A stretch of 43,037 nt of DNA from contig NC_068981.1 of assembly GCF_001194135.2 (NCBI RefSeq), forward strand, positions 96,835,838 to 96,878,874, written 5' to 3'. The notes under the pieces were generated by a model. It saw nothing but the letters and a program-made list of their open reading frames with translations, was not told the origin of the DNA and searched no databases. A program made the position numbers and the translations under genes. Source of the stretch: Octopus bimaculoides. Taxonomy: Eukaryota. Shown one piece after another: positions 12,490-24,171 of this stretch (the stretch's first letter is position 1; each line of letters opens with the position of its first letter).

Positions 12490-12684
12490 NNNNNNNNNNN
12501 NNNNNNNNNNNNNNNNNNNNNNNNNNNNNNNNNNNNNNNNNNNNNNNNNNNNNNNNNNNNNNNNNNNNNNNNNNNNNNNNNNNNNNNNNNNNNNNNNNNN
12601 NNNNNNNNNNNNNNNNNNNNNNNNNNNNNNNNNNNNNNNNNNNNNNNNNNNNNNNNNNNNNNNNTATATATATATGATAGACAT

Positions 12685-12737
12685 GACAGACAGACAGACA
12701 GATAGACAGACAGACAGACAGATAGATAGATAGATAA

Positions 12738-12798
<61 letters not shown>
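12685..12798. repeat. (GACA)n-(GATA)n microsatellite
   Basis: Read directly from the sequence. Confidence 0.98.
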
Positions 12799-12799
<1 letters not shown>

Positions 12800-14738
12800 G
12801 ACTACTCGTGGCCGAGGAAAACCATTACTGACTATCAGTCATGCAAAATGTCTGCAATACCAGTGCCTGAAGTTATCGCACCCGAACTCGACCGGGCATC
12901 GGAACGTCGCCTCGCTGATGATTGAACAACTTAAGATTTTATATCCAATGAAACTTTCGCAGCACCTCACAAACCCTTTCCACCCTACTGACATGATCCA
13001 GAGACTTACTAAGTCAATATATTGAGTGCCAGTATGGGTTACAGGCTCAGGAATGTGGAAATGCCGTGATATCAAGCGCAAGAGAAAGATCCCCAGAATG
13101 TTCAATGCATATCTGGTTTTATATCAGGGTAACCTCCTCCTAGCGACATGCTTTAACAAACGCTGAGGGACGCTTCATTCCCAGTGGTCTTCATGCACGC
13201 TAGACACCAACTTGAAATTTCCAAGGGCCCGTGCTATTGCTAGATAGTCATTGAGCCTGCATTAGGTTCATCAGTCCTGTATACACATACATACATATAT
13301 ATATGTGTGTATGTGTGAGCATATATATACATAAATATCTATCTATATATATGTTATTTGCTTACTACGCCACCAATATTGTTTGAGACAATTGAGGAAG
13401 TAGTAATTAAGCATTACGTCATCAATAGTTAAGGTAGTCTTTTAAGTTCTAGAGATGATGGAACCACGTGGTTTGAAAAAATATGTAAGTGTTAATACTT
13501 TGTAGTTTTATTATCTTTTAAACAGTTTTAATTTAGCTTTAATCGTAGCAACGTTTTTATAATATTAGTTAATTACAAGTATACTTTTATTAGTTCCTAT
13601 TTAATAAAATTTGATGTTTCTATTAGTTACTGGTAATTTTACATTAAAGCTTGTAAGGGCAATATATATTAATGAGTATGTAGTGTTTTTAATATTAACT
13701 TTTGAATTATGAAATAATGTATTTCACTCATAATTATTATATTATTCGTTAAATTAAATTCAAGCGTATTTTGTTTTGGAGAGAATTGAATATTAAGCTT
13801 TCACTTTTTTATTATAGTAGTAACTATGGAAGACTGGTGGCATTATTATTTGTATGGACTTGAAGATTGGTTGCTATTTAGTGTATAATTTAGTTATTGT
13901 AGGTTTACCGTTAATACCGATACAGATGTATATAGATTTCTGTGTTTGAAAGTTGTGGTTTCTTTGGTATGTTTGTTCCTAAACAACACTTAGTTTAGTG
14001 CAGTTGACTCCGCCGGACTGAATGGTACTACCCAGGTGTCGAAACCATAATGATATCCGTGGAGCAGCTGATGATGGAGATATGCTGGATTGTTGGTATG
14101 GCTGTTTTGTATATGTGAAATAGTACATCCTTTTGATACATACATATNNNNNNNNNNNNNNNNNNNNNNNNNNNNNNNNNNNNNNNNNNNNNNNNNNNNN
14201 NNNNNNNNNNNNNNNNNNNNNNNNNNNNNNNNNNNNNNNNNNNATATATATGTATATATATGTATATATATATATATATATATGAGAAAGGTTGAGTTCA
14301 ATTAGAACAGTTTTACTTTATGGGGTCCAAAGTTAGATTTCTAATAAAGATTCTTCATATTAAATTTATAGCTCGCTATTACAAGTAATTTATTAAAAAT
14401 ATGAAAATTATACAAGTATAAGGTGTATTATGAGCATTTATAGAACACAGTCCTATATCAACTCAACAAACAACTAAAGATGGAGAAGAGAAGAGTAATA
14501 TAACATGATATAGTAATGGAGACTTACATAAAGGTCTTCAAGTTCCCGTGTCAATGATACGATGATTGCAGCACTTCTTCAGCTGCTTTGTAGGATGTTT
14601 CGTATTTGCAGTTGATGGTGTTAACGATTCCGGGCTTACGACGACTGATATTAAAATTCGCCTCTTTTGTCGTCACATGCAGTTTGTCAATCCATATTAA
14701 TCCTTTTTTAACCAGAATAATATTGACAGTGAAGTCAT

Positions 14739-14812
14739 TTACCGCCTATACTATTCGTGTTAGTTACCGCCTATACTATTCGTGTTAGTTACCGCCTATA
14801 CTATTCGTGTTA
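14739..14812. repeat. 25-bp tandem repeat, 3 copies
   Basis: TTACCGCCTATACTATTCGTGTTAG at 14739, 14764 and 14789. Confidence 0.95.
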
Positions 14813-14823
14813 AAGAATAATAA

Positions 14824-15100
14824 ACAGACAGACAAACAGACATACTGTCTAACTGACTGACTGACGGACGGACGGATAGATTGACAAACGGACGGACGGA
14901 CGGATGGATTGACAAACGGACGGACGGACGGACGGACGGACGGACGGATGGATTGACAAACGGACAGACGGACGGATGGATTGACAAACGGACGGACGGA
15001 CGGACAGACGGACGGACGGACGGACGGACGGACGGACGGACGGACGGACGGACGGACGGACGGACAGACGAACAGAAGGACGGACGGATGGATTGACAAA
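14824..15100. repeat. Compound (GACA)/(GACT)/(GACG)n array with a recurring GATGGATTGACAAAC unit
   Basis: Read directly from the sequence. Confidence 0.95.
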
Positions 15101-15490
15101 TGTATATTTTATATTATCGGAATTGTACAAATTCTCTACTTCGAAAAGATATGTGACTCTGAAAATTGGTCAGTCGTTCAAAGATCGCCTTCCACAGATA
15201 CTCGTCGCCTAAAGATGCTTAATCTGCTTTATTGGTGTCTATAGATGGTGTGCCAAATTATTATTATTATTGTTGTTGTTGTTGTTCACATTTGAACGCC
15301 ATTAAAGTCTGTTGTTATTGTCTGAAAACGGTTTAAAGAGACTGTGGTGTCTGAACACAGTTTAAAGCGCTTTGTTCTTCTCTTTGAGGTTGGATGTTTA
15401 TTGACAACTTTAAAAGAAAGAATAATGACTGTAGAGATAACGACATAATACATCGATATACCATACTTAAAGATATGTTATGTGTGTGAC

Positions 15491-15548
<58 letters not shown>

Positions 15549-16479
15549 TGTGTGTCTGTGGCTAACTTTGCATGTGTGCGTTTGTGTTTATATATATGTA
15601 TGTATATGTTGATATATTTATACATATACACACACACGCACACGCACACACACACACACACACATATATATATACATGTGTGTGTGTGTGTGAATATATA
15701 ATATATGCATATATATATGAATATACACTCGCTCGCCATATATACACACACATACATACATAGATGCATACATACATACATAAACACATACATACATACA
15801 AACATACATACATACATACATACATACATACATACATACATACATACATACATACATACAAACGTACATGCGAGTGTGTAAGCTGATCTCTTTCTGAAAT
15901 TTGTAATTTACATTCTACGTTAGTAAACGTATTTTATTAATACATTAATGTATACACGTATATATATGTATGTACATGCATACGTCTGCATACACGTATG
16001 AATGTGTGTATGTATGTATGTATGTATGTATGTATGCATGTATCAACGTTTGTGTGTATGTGTGTATGTATATATGTGCGTGTAGAAAATTGCCACTTTT
16101 GAAAAGACTGGCATATGTATGTAGGCCCGTACATTACTTTTCACTCAATTATAGACGAGGAAGAAACTATAAATTCTATGTAGTAACTAAAAACGAAAGC
16201 CACTAGAGCAGAGATGAATAACTCGCACCTCCCCGACTAAGATATTCTAGTAAAAGACTGCAACAAGACAGAAAACAGTGGCTAAGAGATAAATGATAAA
16301 TGATAAATTATAACTTTGGCACAAGGCCTAGCATAACACTCATGTTTATCTTGAGGCATCAGTTGCTTAATATAGTGGACTTCAACCAGGAATCGAAACC
16401 AGTTTGTGAGCCAACGATCGCTCAATGACAGAAATAAAAGTTAAATCTGCTTCTTTTCACACTCAAACTGTTTTAAATA

Positions 16480-16854
16480 GTGGAAGTCGGCTAGTCGGTT
16501 ACATCCTCACAGCACTTAACTGGTACTTATTTAATCGACCCCAAAAGGATGACGGGCAAAGTCAGCCTCGGTGGAATTTGAACTCAGAACGTAAAGAGCT
16601 AGTTGAAATGTCACTAAGTATTTTTGTCCGACGCGCTAATGATTCTACCAGCTCGTCACATTTGCTTTCGTTTTAAATCCTTTCTACTATAGACACAAGG
16701 CATGAAACTTTGGGGGAGGGGTCTAGTCGGAAACACCAACAACCGTGCTCAGCTAGTACTTATTTTATCGACCCCGTACGGATAAAAGATGAAGTCTACC
16801 TCAGCGGAATTTGAAGACCGAACGTAAAGGGCGGAAAGAAATGCCGCTAAGCAT
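16480..16854 (-). mobile_element. Two tandem SINE-E copies
   Basis: Family E core at about 16515-16600 and 16750-16830. Confidence 0.75.
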
Positions 16855-16862
16855 ACCAACCT

Positions 16863-17224
16863 ATATCTTCTCGAAACGGCCGTAAGATTTTGTACTTATT
16901 AAGGATTCTACATGACTCAGACTAACTTTCTTATCTAACCCCCTCATTGATTCTAATACGGACGTTCGGACCTCGCAATTCTTATATGTTTATAAATGTT
17001 TATATAATTATGAATTTTTATATATTTATAAATCTTCGTATGTATAAGTGTTTATGAATTCTTATAAATTTTTATCATGTCTCGTATATGTGAACGCATC
17101 TATATATATTGTATATTGTGGAGAATTTCGATAATTTGAAATGGATTGAATGAATATGTACACCGACCTTTGAAACTTGTTTCTCTCTTTCTTAATTTTA
17201 TATTCCTGAAGCTCCATTAGAGCG
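16863..17224 (+). mobile_element. AT-rich unit of about 360 bp bounded by two partial hammerhead-like remnants (retrozyme/pLTR-like)
   Basis: The 5' end has ATATCTT-CTC-GAAA-CGGCCG-TA-AGATT (palindromic stem III, core missing). The 3' end has ATATTC-CTGAA-GCTC-CATTA-GAGC (core start plus a stem II hairpin, no GAAA). Confidence 0.35.
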
Positions 17225-17352
17225 CTTATTGGTTGAGTTGTATAAAATGGATAACTATATCATTTATTCCTTCATTATATNNNNNNNNNNNNNNNNNNNN
17301 NNNNNNNNNNNNNNNNNNNNNNNNNNNNNNNNNNNNNNNNNNNTATATATAT

Positions 17353-17565
17353 GAAACGCTTAGTTTTAGAATGGTGGCAGCTGATGAAGGAAATATTCTC
17401 TATGTGGCCTGTGTGTTTTCTGTGCTCTGTTTATGTTCTGTTTCTCATTTTGCCCACGTTTTCTTATGACGTCCTGTACCCAGATATGACTCTACATATA
17501 CATGTAGATGTAGGTATGTGCATACATGTACGTATATATGCATATACTCACATATTATTTGTATT
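17353..17565 (+). mobile_element. Short dispersed repeat family B, copy 1
   Basis: GAAACGCTTAGTTTTAGAATGGTGGCAGCTGATGAAGGAAAT...GTACCCAGATATG...CATATACTCACATATTATTTG recurs at 28824-29025 (+) and 40680-40868 (-). Confidence 0.8.
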
Positions 17566-17599
17566 ATATATATATAGTTGAAATCTATAAAAAAAACAG

Positions 17600-17770
17600 A
17601 AGACGAAGACAGGTGTATGAACAACAAGCAAGTGTATTAGTTTGACATTTGGGAAAACTGAAAAAGTATTTTACATTTCGAGCCTATGCTCTTCAGCAGA
17701 AAGGAAAAAGAGGAAATAAACAGACAGAGAATGAAAAAAACATGTGAAGTCCAGTGGCCCATCATGGCGA
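17600..17770 (-). mobile_element. Penelope/retrozyme-like short repeat (family C) with a minimal hammerhead-like motif at 17669-17703
   Basis: Minus strand reads CUUU-CUGCUGA-A-GAGC-AUAG-GCUC-GAAA-UG-UA/AAA. It is homologous to the copy at 30840-30990 (shared ACAA..AGCA.GTGTATTAGTTT.AC..T segment and CAGAAAGGAA...ACAGACAGAG). Confidence 0.55.
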
Positions 17771-19786
17771 ATGATTGGGAAAAAAAGAGGTTGAAAGAAA
17801 GGAAGATAATAATAGAAAAAAAGAGGTTGAATGAAAGGGAGATAATAATAGTGCTAGTGATTCTAACAAGAGAAGGTGCGTGCGCGCGTAGTGTTTATAT
17901 GAGAATGGTGTGTGTGAGTGTGTGTATGTGTGAATAGGGGCGAGTGACTCTGACGTGTGAGAGTGTGTGTGTATGTGTGTGTGTGCGTGTGTAACGTGTG
18001 TGTGTACATGCGTATGTGTGTGCATGCGTGTGTGTGTGCATGCGTGTGTGTGTGCATGCGTGTGTGTGTGCATGCGTGTGTGTGTGCATGCGTGTGTGTG
18101 TGCAAGCGTGTGTATGTGTGTCTGTGACCAAACAGTGTGCATGTGTATGGTGTATGTATGTTGGCGAAAGTTATCTTTGTCTACATATGTTGCGTGTGTT
18201 AATGCATGGTGCGTGTGTATGTATATATCATCTGTGTTCAGGTATTATGTGCTTGTGTGGGTATGGAAGTATATATTGTGTGTGTTCAGGTATTATGTGC
18301 TTGTTTTGGAGTGCGCACGATGGTGTGTGGTGTGGCTGCTCATATAGTGGTATGTGTAGTAGTGATGCCATTGAAGATGGTGTATGGTGTGGGTGCTGAC
18401 AAGTGATCAGCGCTAGTGTGTGTGGAGTGGTGTGGGTTTGGTGTCAGATGAAGAGAGGAGGTGAGTTGAGCCCATGTGGCGCACAGGAGTGAAGAGAGAA
18501 GATTTATTGCTGTTCAAATAAACGAATAAAAACAGAGAACATGAGGATGTTCATAAGAAATGTATTAGCCTCACGCTCGGTGAAAGGAGAGAGTTTGAGG
18601 TTTCGAACATAATAATATATGTATGTATGTATGTATGTATGTATATATATANNNNNNNNNNNNNNNNNNNNNNNNNNNNNNNNNNNNNNNNNNNNNNNNN
18701 NNNNNNNNNNNNNNNNNNNNNNNNNNNNNNNNNNNNNNNNNNNNNNNNNNNNNNNNNNNNNNNNNNNNNNNNNNNNNNNNNNNNNNTATATGACGGTTTC
18801 TTTCAGTTTGCGTCGATCAAATTCATTCACCTAGCCCAAGTCTATAGTAGAAGACCGAACCCCAAAAACACATGATTGTAAATCGAGTCTCTTAACCACA
18901 CAGCCATACTCACGCCTATTCTTATCACAAACAAACAGTGAAGATGGAGAAAATTATAATTTTCTGATTAACTGCATCTTTAGAGATAATTACAATAATT
19001 TAACAATTACATTTGCACTTCGTTATGATCAGTTTGATCTCAAATTGTTGTTTTGTGTTTTCTTCCTGACTAGATGTGTACCTAGTACCATACCAGATTC
19101 GAACTAGGAACTTTTATTTCTAAATTAAAGGCTAATAAAGTTATGTTTTCATACACGACTACGTGTGATACATGTACATTTGAATTCGATTATGTATTCT
19201 GTACATATCCAGTTCTATGACACGAGTTGATCGCAGATAAAATTGATTGAAATGAAGTCTAGACGTGAATATAAAAAAAAATATTCACCTGAAGATATTT
19301 TGAAGAAAAAAAATAAGTATATTTTAAATATAATCAAGATGTGTTGTTAAGACTTTCGCTTTGCAACCACGCGGTGTCTTGAGTAAGTGTCTTATACTAT
19401 GGCCCTGGGTTGACCTGTTCCTTGCGATTTGGTAGGCGGAAACTGTGTGGAAGCTCGTCGTATACACACATACACGCGTACGTACGTACGTACGTACGTG
19501 CATGCGTGTGTGTGTGTGTATGTATTGCGTGTGTTTGTGTGTGTGTGTTTAAGTATTGAGTCATGAGTTGATTGTCAATTTTTATTTGTAAATTATAATT
19601 TTCATCGTATTAGATGGTATATACGACTTGTGAGTTAGTTGTAGTATTTTTCTTATGCCTTATTTAATTGGTAGATAACAATATTCAAATCGAATTGTGA
19701 TTACTCGTATGTTTAAATTTTGTCATATATCTGTTTCAAATGTTGGCACAAGGCCGGAAAGTTCGGGGAGGGGTTAGGTTGTTTAC

Positions 19787-19817
<31 letters not shown>

Positions 19818-20589
19818 CATATATATATATANNNNNNNNNNCAAACACACACACATCTACTCTCTCTGTCGGTTCCAGCTCCTGATCTATTTTTATAACA
19901 GTTTCAATCACTTGACTGAAGCCATGCTGGAGCATCGCTCTCAAGGGCTTTAGTCAATTATATCGACTTTTTCTGGTACTTTTTCTACTAATCTCGTAAA
20001 GACCGAAAGACAAGATGAGTTGAGCGTAAGGTGACATAAACCAACACACAAAGTGTTTTTCGTCTTCGCACCAATTTTTCCATAGTTCACTGATAAATGG
20101 GTGCATGTATATGTGTGTGTATGTATGTGTCCGATACAGTTTCCTTCGACGACATTTCACTCCCAGACATTGGTGATCGGCTCGAAGTTGGAGTAGAGGA
20201 TATTTGCCGCAACTACGGATCAAACTTAAAACCGACTTGACTGTGAAGCGAAATTCATAACCAACAATAACTTTGGAAATGCGCCTATGCCCGTTTATAA
20301 CATTTATAAAGTAAACCCTAGCCATTCCCTACATATCATCATCGTCATCGCTATCATCACCATCACCATCATCAACATTAACAACAGCAATATCAGCAAC
20401 AGCAGCAGCAGCAGTAACAACATCATCATCATTGGCATCATCATCATTGGCATCATCATCCTCGTCGTCACCGTCGTTGTCAACACCATGATCGTCGTTT
20501 CATCATGTTTTTTTTTCTGAGTATATACTTTTTTATTCCTTTTTTTCCTTTTCTTGTATTCGTTTCATTGTTTTTCTTTCTATTCTCTC

Positions 20590-20644
<55 letters not shown>

Positions 20645-21480
20645 NNNNNNNNNNNNNNNNNNNNNNNNNNNNNNNNNNNNNNNNNNNNNNNNNNNNNNNN
20701 NNNNNNNNNNNNNNNNNNNNNNNNNNNNNNNNNNNNNNNNNNNNNNNNNNNNNNNNNNNNNNNNNNNNNNNNNNNNNNNNNNNNNNNNNNNNNNNNNNNN
20801 NNNNNNNNNNNNNNNNNNNNNNNNNNNNNNNNNNNNNNNNNNNNNNNNNNNNNNNNNNNNNNNNNNNNNNNNNNNNNNNNNNNNNNNNNNNNNNNNNNNN
20901 NNNNNNNNNNNNNNNNNNNNNNNNNNNNNNNNNNNNNNNNNNNNNNNNNNNNNNNNNNNNNNNNNNNNNNNNNNNNNNNNNNNNNNNNNNNNNNNNNNNN
21001 NNNNNNNNNNNNNNNNNNNNNNNNNNNNNNNNNNNNNNNNNNNNNNNNNNNNNNNNNNNNNNNNNNNNNNNNNNNNNNNNNNNNNNNNNNNNNNNNNNNN
21101 NNNNNNNNNNNNNNNNNNNNNNNNNNNNNNNNNNNNNNNNNNNNNNNNNNNNNNNNNNNNNNNNNNNNNNNNNNNNNNNNNNNNNNNNNNNNNNNNNNNN
21201 NNNNNNNNNNNNNNNNNNNNNNNNNNNNNNNNNNNNNNNNNNNNNNNNNNNNNNNNNNNNNNNNNNNNNNNNNNNNNNNNNNNNNNNNNNNNNNNNNNNN
21301 NNNNNNNNNNNNNNNNNNNNNNNNNNNNNNNNNNNNNNNNNNNNNNNNNNNNNNNNNNNNNNNNNNNNNNNNNNNNNNNNNNNNNNNNNNNNNNNNNNNN
21401 NNNNNNNNNNNNNNNNNNNNNNNNNNNNNNNNNNNNNNNNNNNNNNNNNNNNNNNNNNNNNNNNNNNNNNNNNNNNNNNN

Positions 21481-21738
21481 GATGGTGGCGAACCCTGCTG
21501 TACTCTTCCACCACAACTTTCTCTCACTCTCACTTCCTGTTTCTGTTGTGCCTGTAATTCAAAGGGTCAGCCTTGTCACACTGTGTCACGCTGAATATCC
21601 CCGAGAACTACGTTAAGGGTACACGTGTCTGTGGAGTGCTCAGCCACTTGCACGTTAATTTCACAAGCAGGCTGTTCCGTTGATCGGATCAACTGGAACC
21701 CTCGACGTCGTAAGCGACGGAGTGCCAACAACAACAAC
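21481..21738 (+). mobile_element. SINE-F 3' half with (CAA)n tail
   Basis: Reverse complement of about 1-230, ending GACGGAGTGC(CAA)n. Confidence 0.9.
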
Positions 21739-22006
21739 ATAAGAAATAAAATGGACGGCCATAGTTGGATCACCTTTGAATATAGGTCAACTCGATCATG
21801 GTCGATTTGGAGGTAAATGGCAATAATAACGACAGTGAATTTTGACAGCTGGTTTTTATTCAAACAAGTCATTTATACACAGGCACAGACCTGGCTGTTT
21901 GATTAAAGAAGCTCATTCGGCAACCATGTTGTTTCAGGTTCAGTACCACTGCACGGCATATTGGGTGTGTATCTTCTATTACACAAATCTGCGAAAAGGA
22001 ACTTTT

Positions 22007-22170
22007 AGGAGTGGCTGTGTGGTAAGTAGCTTGCTTACCAGCCACATGGTTCCGGGTTCAGTCCCGCTGCGTGGCACCTTGGGCAAGTGTCTTCTACTAT
22101 AACCTCGGGCCGACCAAAGCCTTGTGAGTGGATTTGGTAGACGGAAACTGAAAGAAGCCCGTCGTATATA

Positions 22171-22223
<53 letters not shown>

Positions 22224-22452
22224 GTACGTGTGTTTGTGTGTCTGTGTTTGTCCCCCCACCATCGCTTGACAACCGATGCTGGTGTGTTTACGTCCCCGTA
22301 ACTTAGCGGCTCGGCAAAAAGAGATCGAAAGAATAAGTACTAGGCTTACAAAGAATAAGTCCTGGGGTCGATTAGCTCGACTAAAGCCGGTGCTCCAGCA
22401 TGGCCACAGTCAAATGACTGAAGCAAGTAAAAGAGTAAAAGAGTAAAGAGTA
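22007..22452 (+). mobile_element. tRNA-derived SINE family A (internal TA/TG microsatellite), nested in the Chapaev3 element
   Basis: The head is GGAGTGGCTGTGTGGTAAGTAGC...GGTTCAGTCCC, the centre is (TA)n(TG)n, and the tail is GAGTAAAA repeats. There is a possible TSD AGGAGT/AAGAGT. Homologous to copies at 36.2, 37.4, 40.3 and 42.6 kb. Confidence 0.9.
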
Positions 22453-22717
22453 TGTTACTTTATATATATTTCGCGGTGCTAATTCGAAATCTCAAAATAG
22501 CTCTTTCCCATTACCTAAGCTTTAAGTTTTCTCACAGTTTAATAAGATTTACCATAATTTGTAGGTAAATCCACATGCTCTAAGACAAAATGAAACGAAT
22601 AAAAATGAATTTGGTACATTAATCAGGAAAACAATAATGACACAAATGCAACTGAAAGGTGAGAAGATAGATTTTTACAAGCAAGGGTTCCACCATTCAT
22701 TTTTAGGTTCAGCACTT

Positions 22718-22937
22718 TTAATATCCCTTCTTTTTCACATGGAAGCTACACTTGGAACTCTTTCGCTTGAGAACATTTGATGGACATTCCCGATGCAACA
22801 TCATATTGACATTCCATCTTCACTGATATCTTCTTTCCATCTTGATGAAACTTTTCCCCAGCTCTTCACTTACAACCCCTAGATTTTCTGGGGAAAAAAT
22901 CCAAAAGAGCATGTAGAAAATTAACTTTAATGCTCAT
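22718..22937 (-). pseudogene. Transposase C-terminal relic of the Chapaev3-type element
   Basis: MSIKVNFLHALLDFFP/ENLGVVSEELGKSFIKMERRYQ*RWNVNMMLHRECPSNVLKRKSSKCSF resembles the MS.K.HFLHSHLDFFPENLGAVS.E.GERFHQDI..ME.RYQGRW...MM motif. It carries one frameshift, one stop and small deletions. Confidence 0.8.
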
Positions 22938-23383
22938 TTTACATTGTAAGACCCCCGGTCTTTTCCAGCAGCTCCGTTTAACGTACGTGACTTTGTAAAG
23001 CGCGTCTATTTCTCTTCACTGCTTACGGCTAACCAAAGTTAGTGATGCAGGCACCATTCTTTGTAGCTGAAGTGGTTTAAATGTTACCAGATGCTTAGTT
23101 TTCAAAATTACGCTTTTAGTTATACTGTCAAATTCTATTTGAATATAGCAGTTAATAGTAATAATAAAATACAATAGCAAAATTTGGGTATAATGATAAA
23201 ATACAATGATCGATTTTGTGAAGAAATTTACGTAATAGGAAAATTCTCTGTAAGTTTTAAAATCAGCGAGTAAAAGTTGATCAGTTTTGCCCAATTTTTT
23301 GATCGCGGATCTGTGTCATAGTTCCGGGCGGAGCAATACCTTGTGAGTGAATTTGGCAGAAATTATGTGGGAGCTCGTCCGAG

Positions 23384-23421
<38 letters not shown>

Positions 23422-24113
23422 TTCTACTCGCCATCGCTTAATAACGGTGTTGGTTTGTTTACTCCCCTGTCAGTATATATAAATGTGTGCTTATGCAGCT
23501 TTAAATGGTTTTAACTCTTATTTNNNNNNNNNNNNNNNNNNNNNNNNNNNNNNNNNNNNNNNNNNNNNNNNNNNNNNNNNNNNNNNNNNNNNNNNNNNNN
23601 NNNNNNNNNNNNNNNNNNNNNNNNNNNNNNNNNNNNNNNNNNNNNNNNNNNNNNNNNNNNNNNNNNNNNNNNNNNNNNNNNNNNNNNNNNNNNNNNNNNN
23701 NNNNNNNNNNNNNNNNNNNNNNNNNNNNNNNNNNNNNNNNNNNNNNNNNNNNNNNNNNNNNNNNNNNNNNNNNNNNNNNNNNNNNNNNNNNNNNNNNNNN
23801 NNNNNNNNNNNNNNNNNNNNNNNNNNNNNNNNNNNNNNNNNNNNNNNNNNNNNNNNNNNNNNNNNNNNNNNNNNNNNNNNNNNNNNNNNNNNNNNNNNNN
23901 NNNNNNNNNNNNNNNNNNNATATAGGTTAGTGTAGGATCAGCAAAAACGGTACTCCGTTCAGTGTGAGGCAAATATCATTTAATGTACAAACTATTGAAA
24001 TAAGAGCTACTAATAGTTTTGTGCCGTAGAGACAATATAAATCTGCCGAATTACCATGTCTCCATGGCATGAAACTATAAGTAAACTCTTATTTTGATAT
24101 TGTGTACATTAAA

Positions 24114-24171
<58 letters not shown>

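Larger units (their letters stand above)
21982..23315 (-). mobile_element. Internally deleted Chapaev3-type (CMC superfamily) DNA transposon
   Basis: The TIRs are CACAAATCTGCGA (21982) and CACAGATCCGCGA (reverse complement ending at 23315), flanked by TTA and TCA (TWA-type 3-bp TSD, one mismatch). It contains a transposase C-terminal relic. The family name comes from recalled motifs, not a search. Confidence 0.75.

Noticed and set aside
13240-13275. Minus-strand CUGAUGA-A-CCU-AAUGC-AGG as a hammerhead
   Set aside because: The hairpin is not followed by GAAA, so the core is incomplete.
13990-14130. Protein-like minus ORF (NPAYLHHQLLHGYHYGFDTW)
   Set aside because: There is no known motif in that frame. 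Another frame reads FRHLGSTIQSGG, like the RTE RT F.YLGS.I motif, so it is more likely a LINE scrap; too short to call.
14739-14812. CRISPR-like array here and at 26984-27056
   Set aside because: These are head-to-tail repeats without spacers, in eukaryotic DNA with no cas genes.
20289-20490. His/Gln-rich low-complexity stretch as an exon
   Set aside because: It is a mixed CAT/CAG/CAA microsatellite with stops in the H/Q frame and no splice support.
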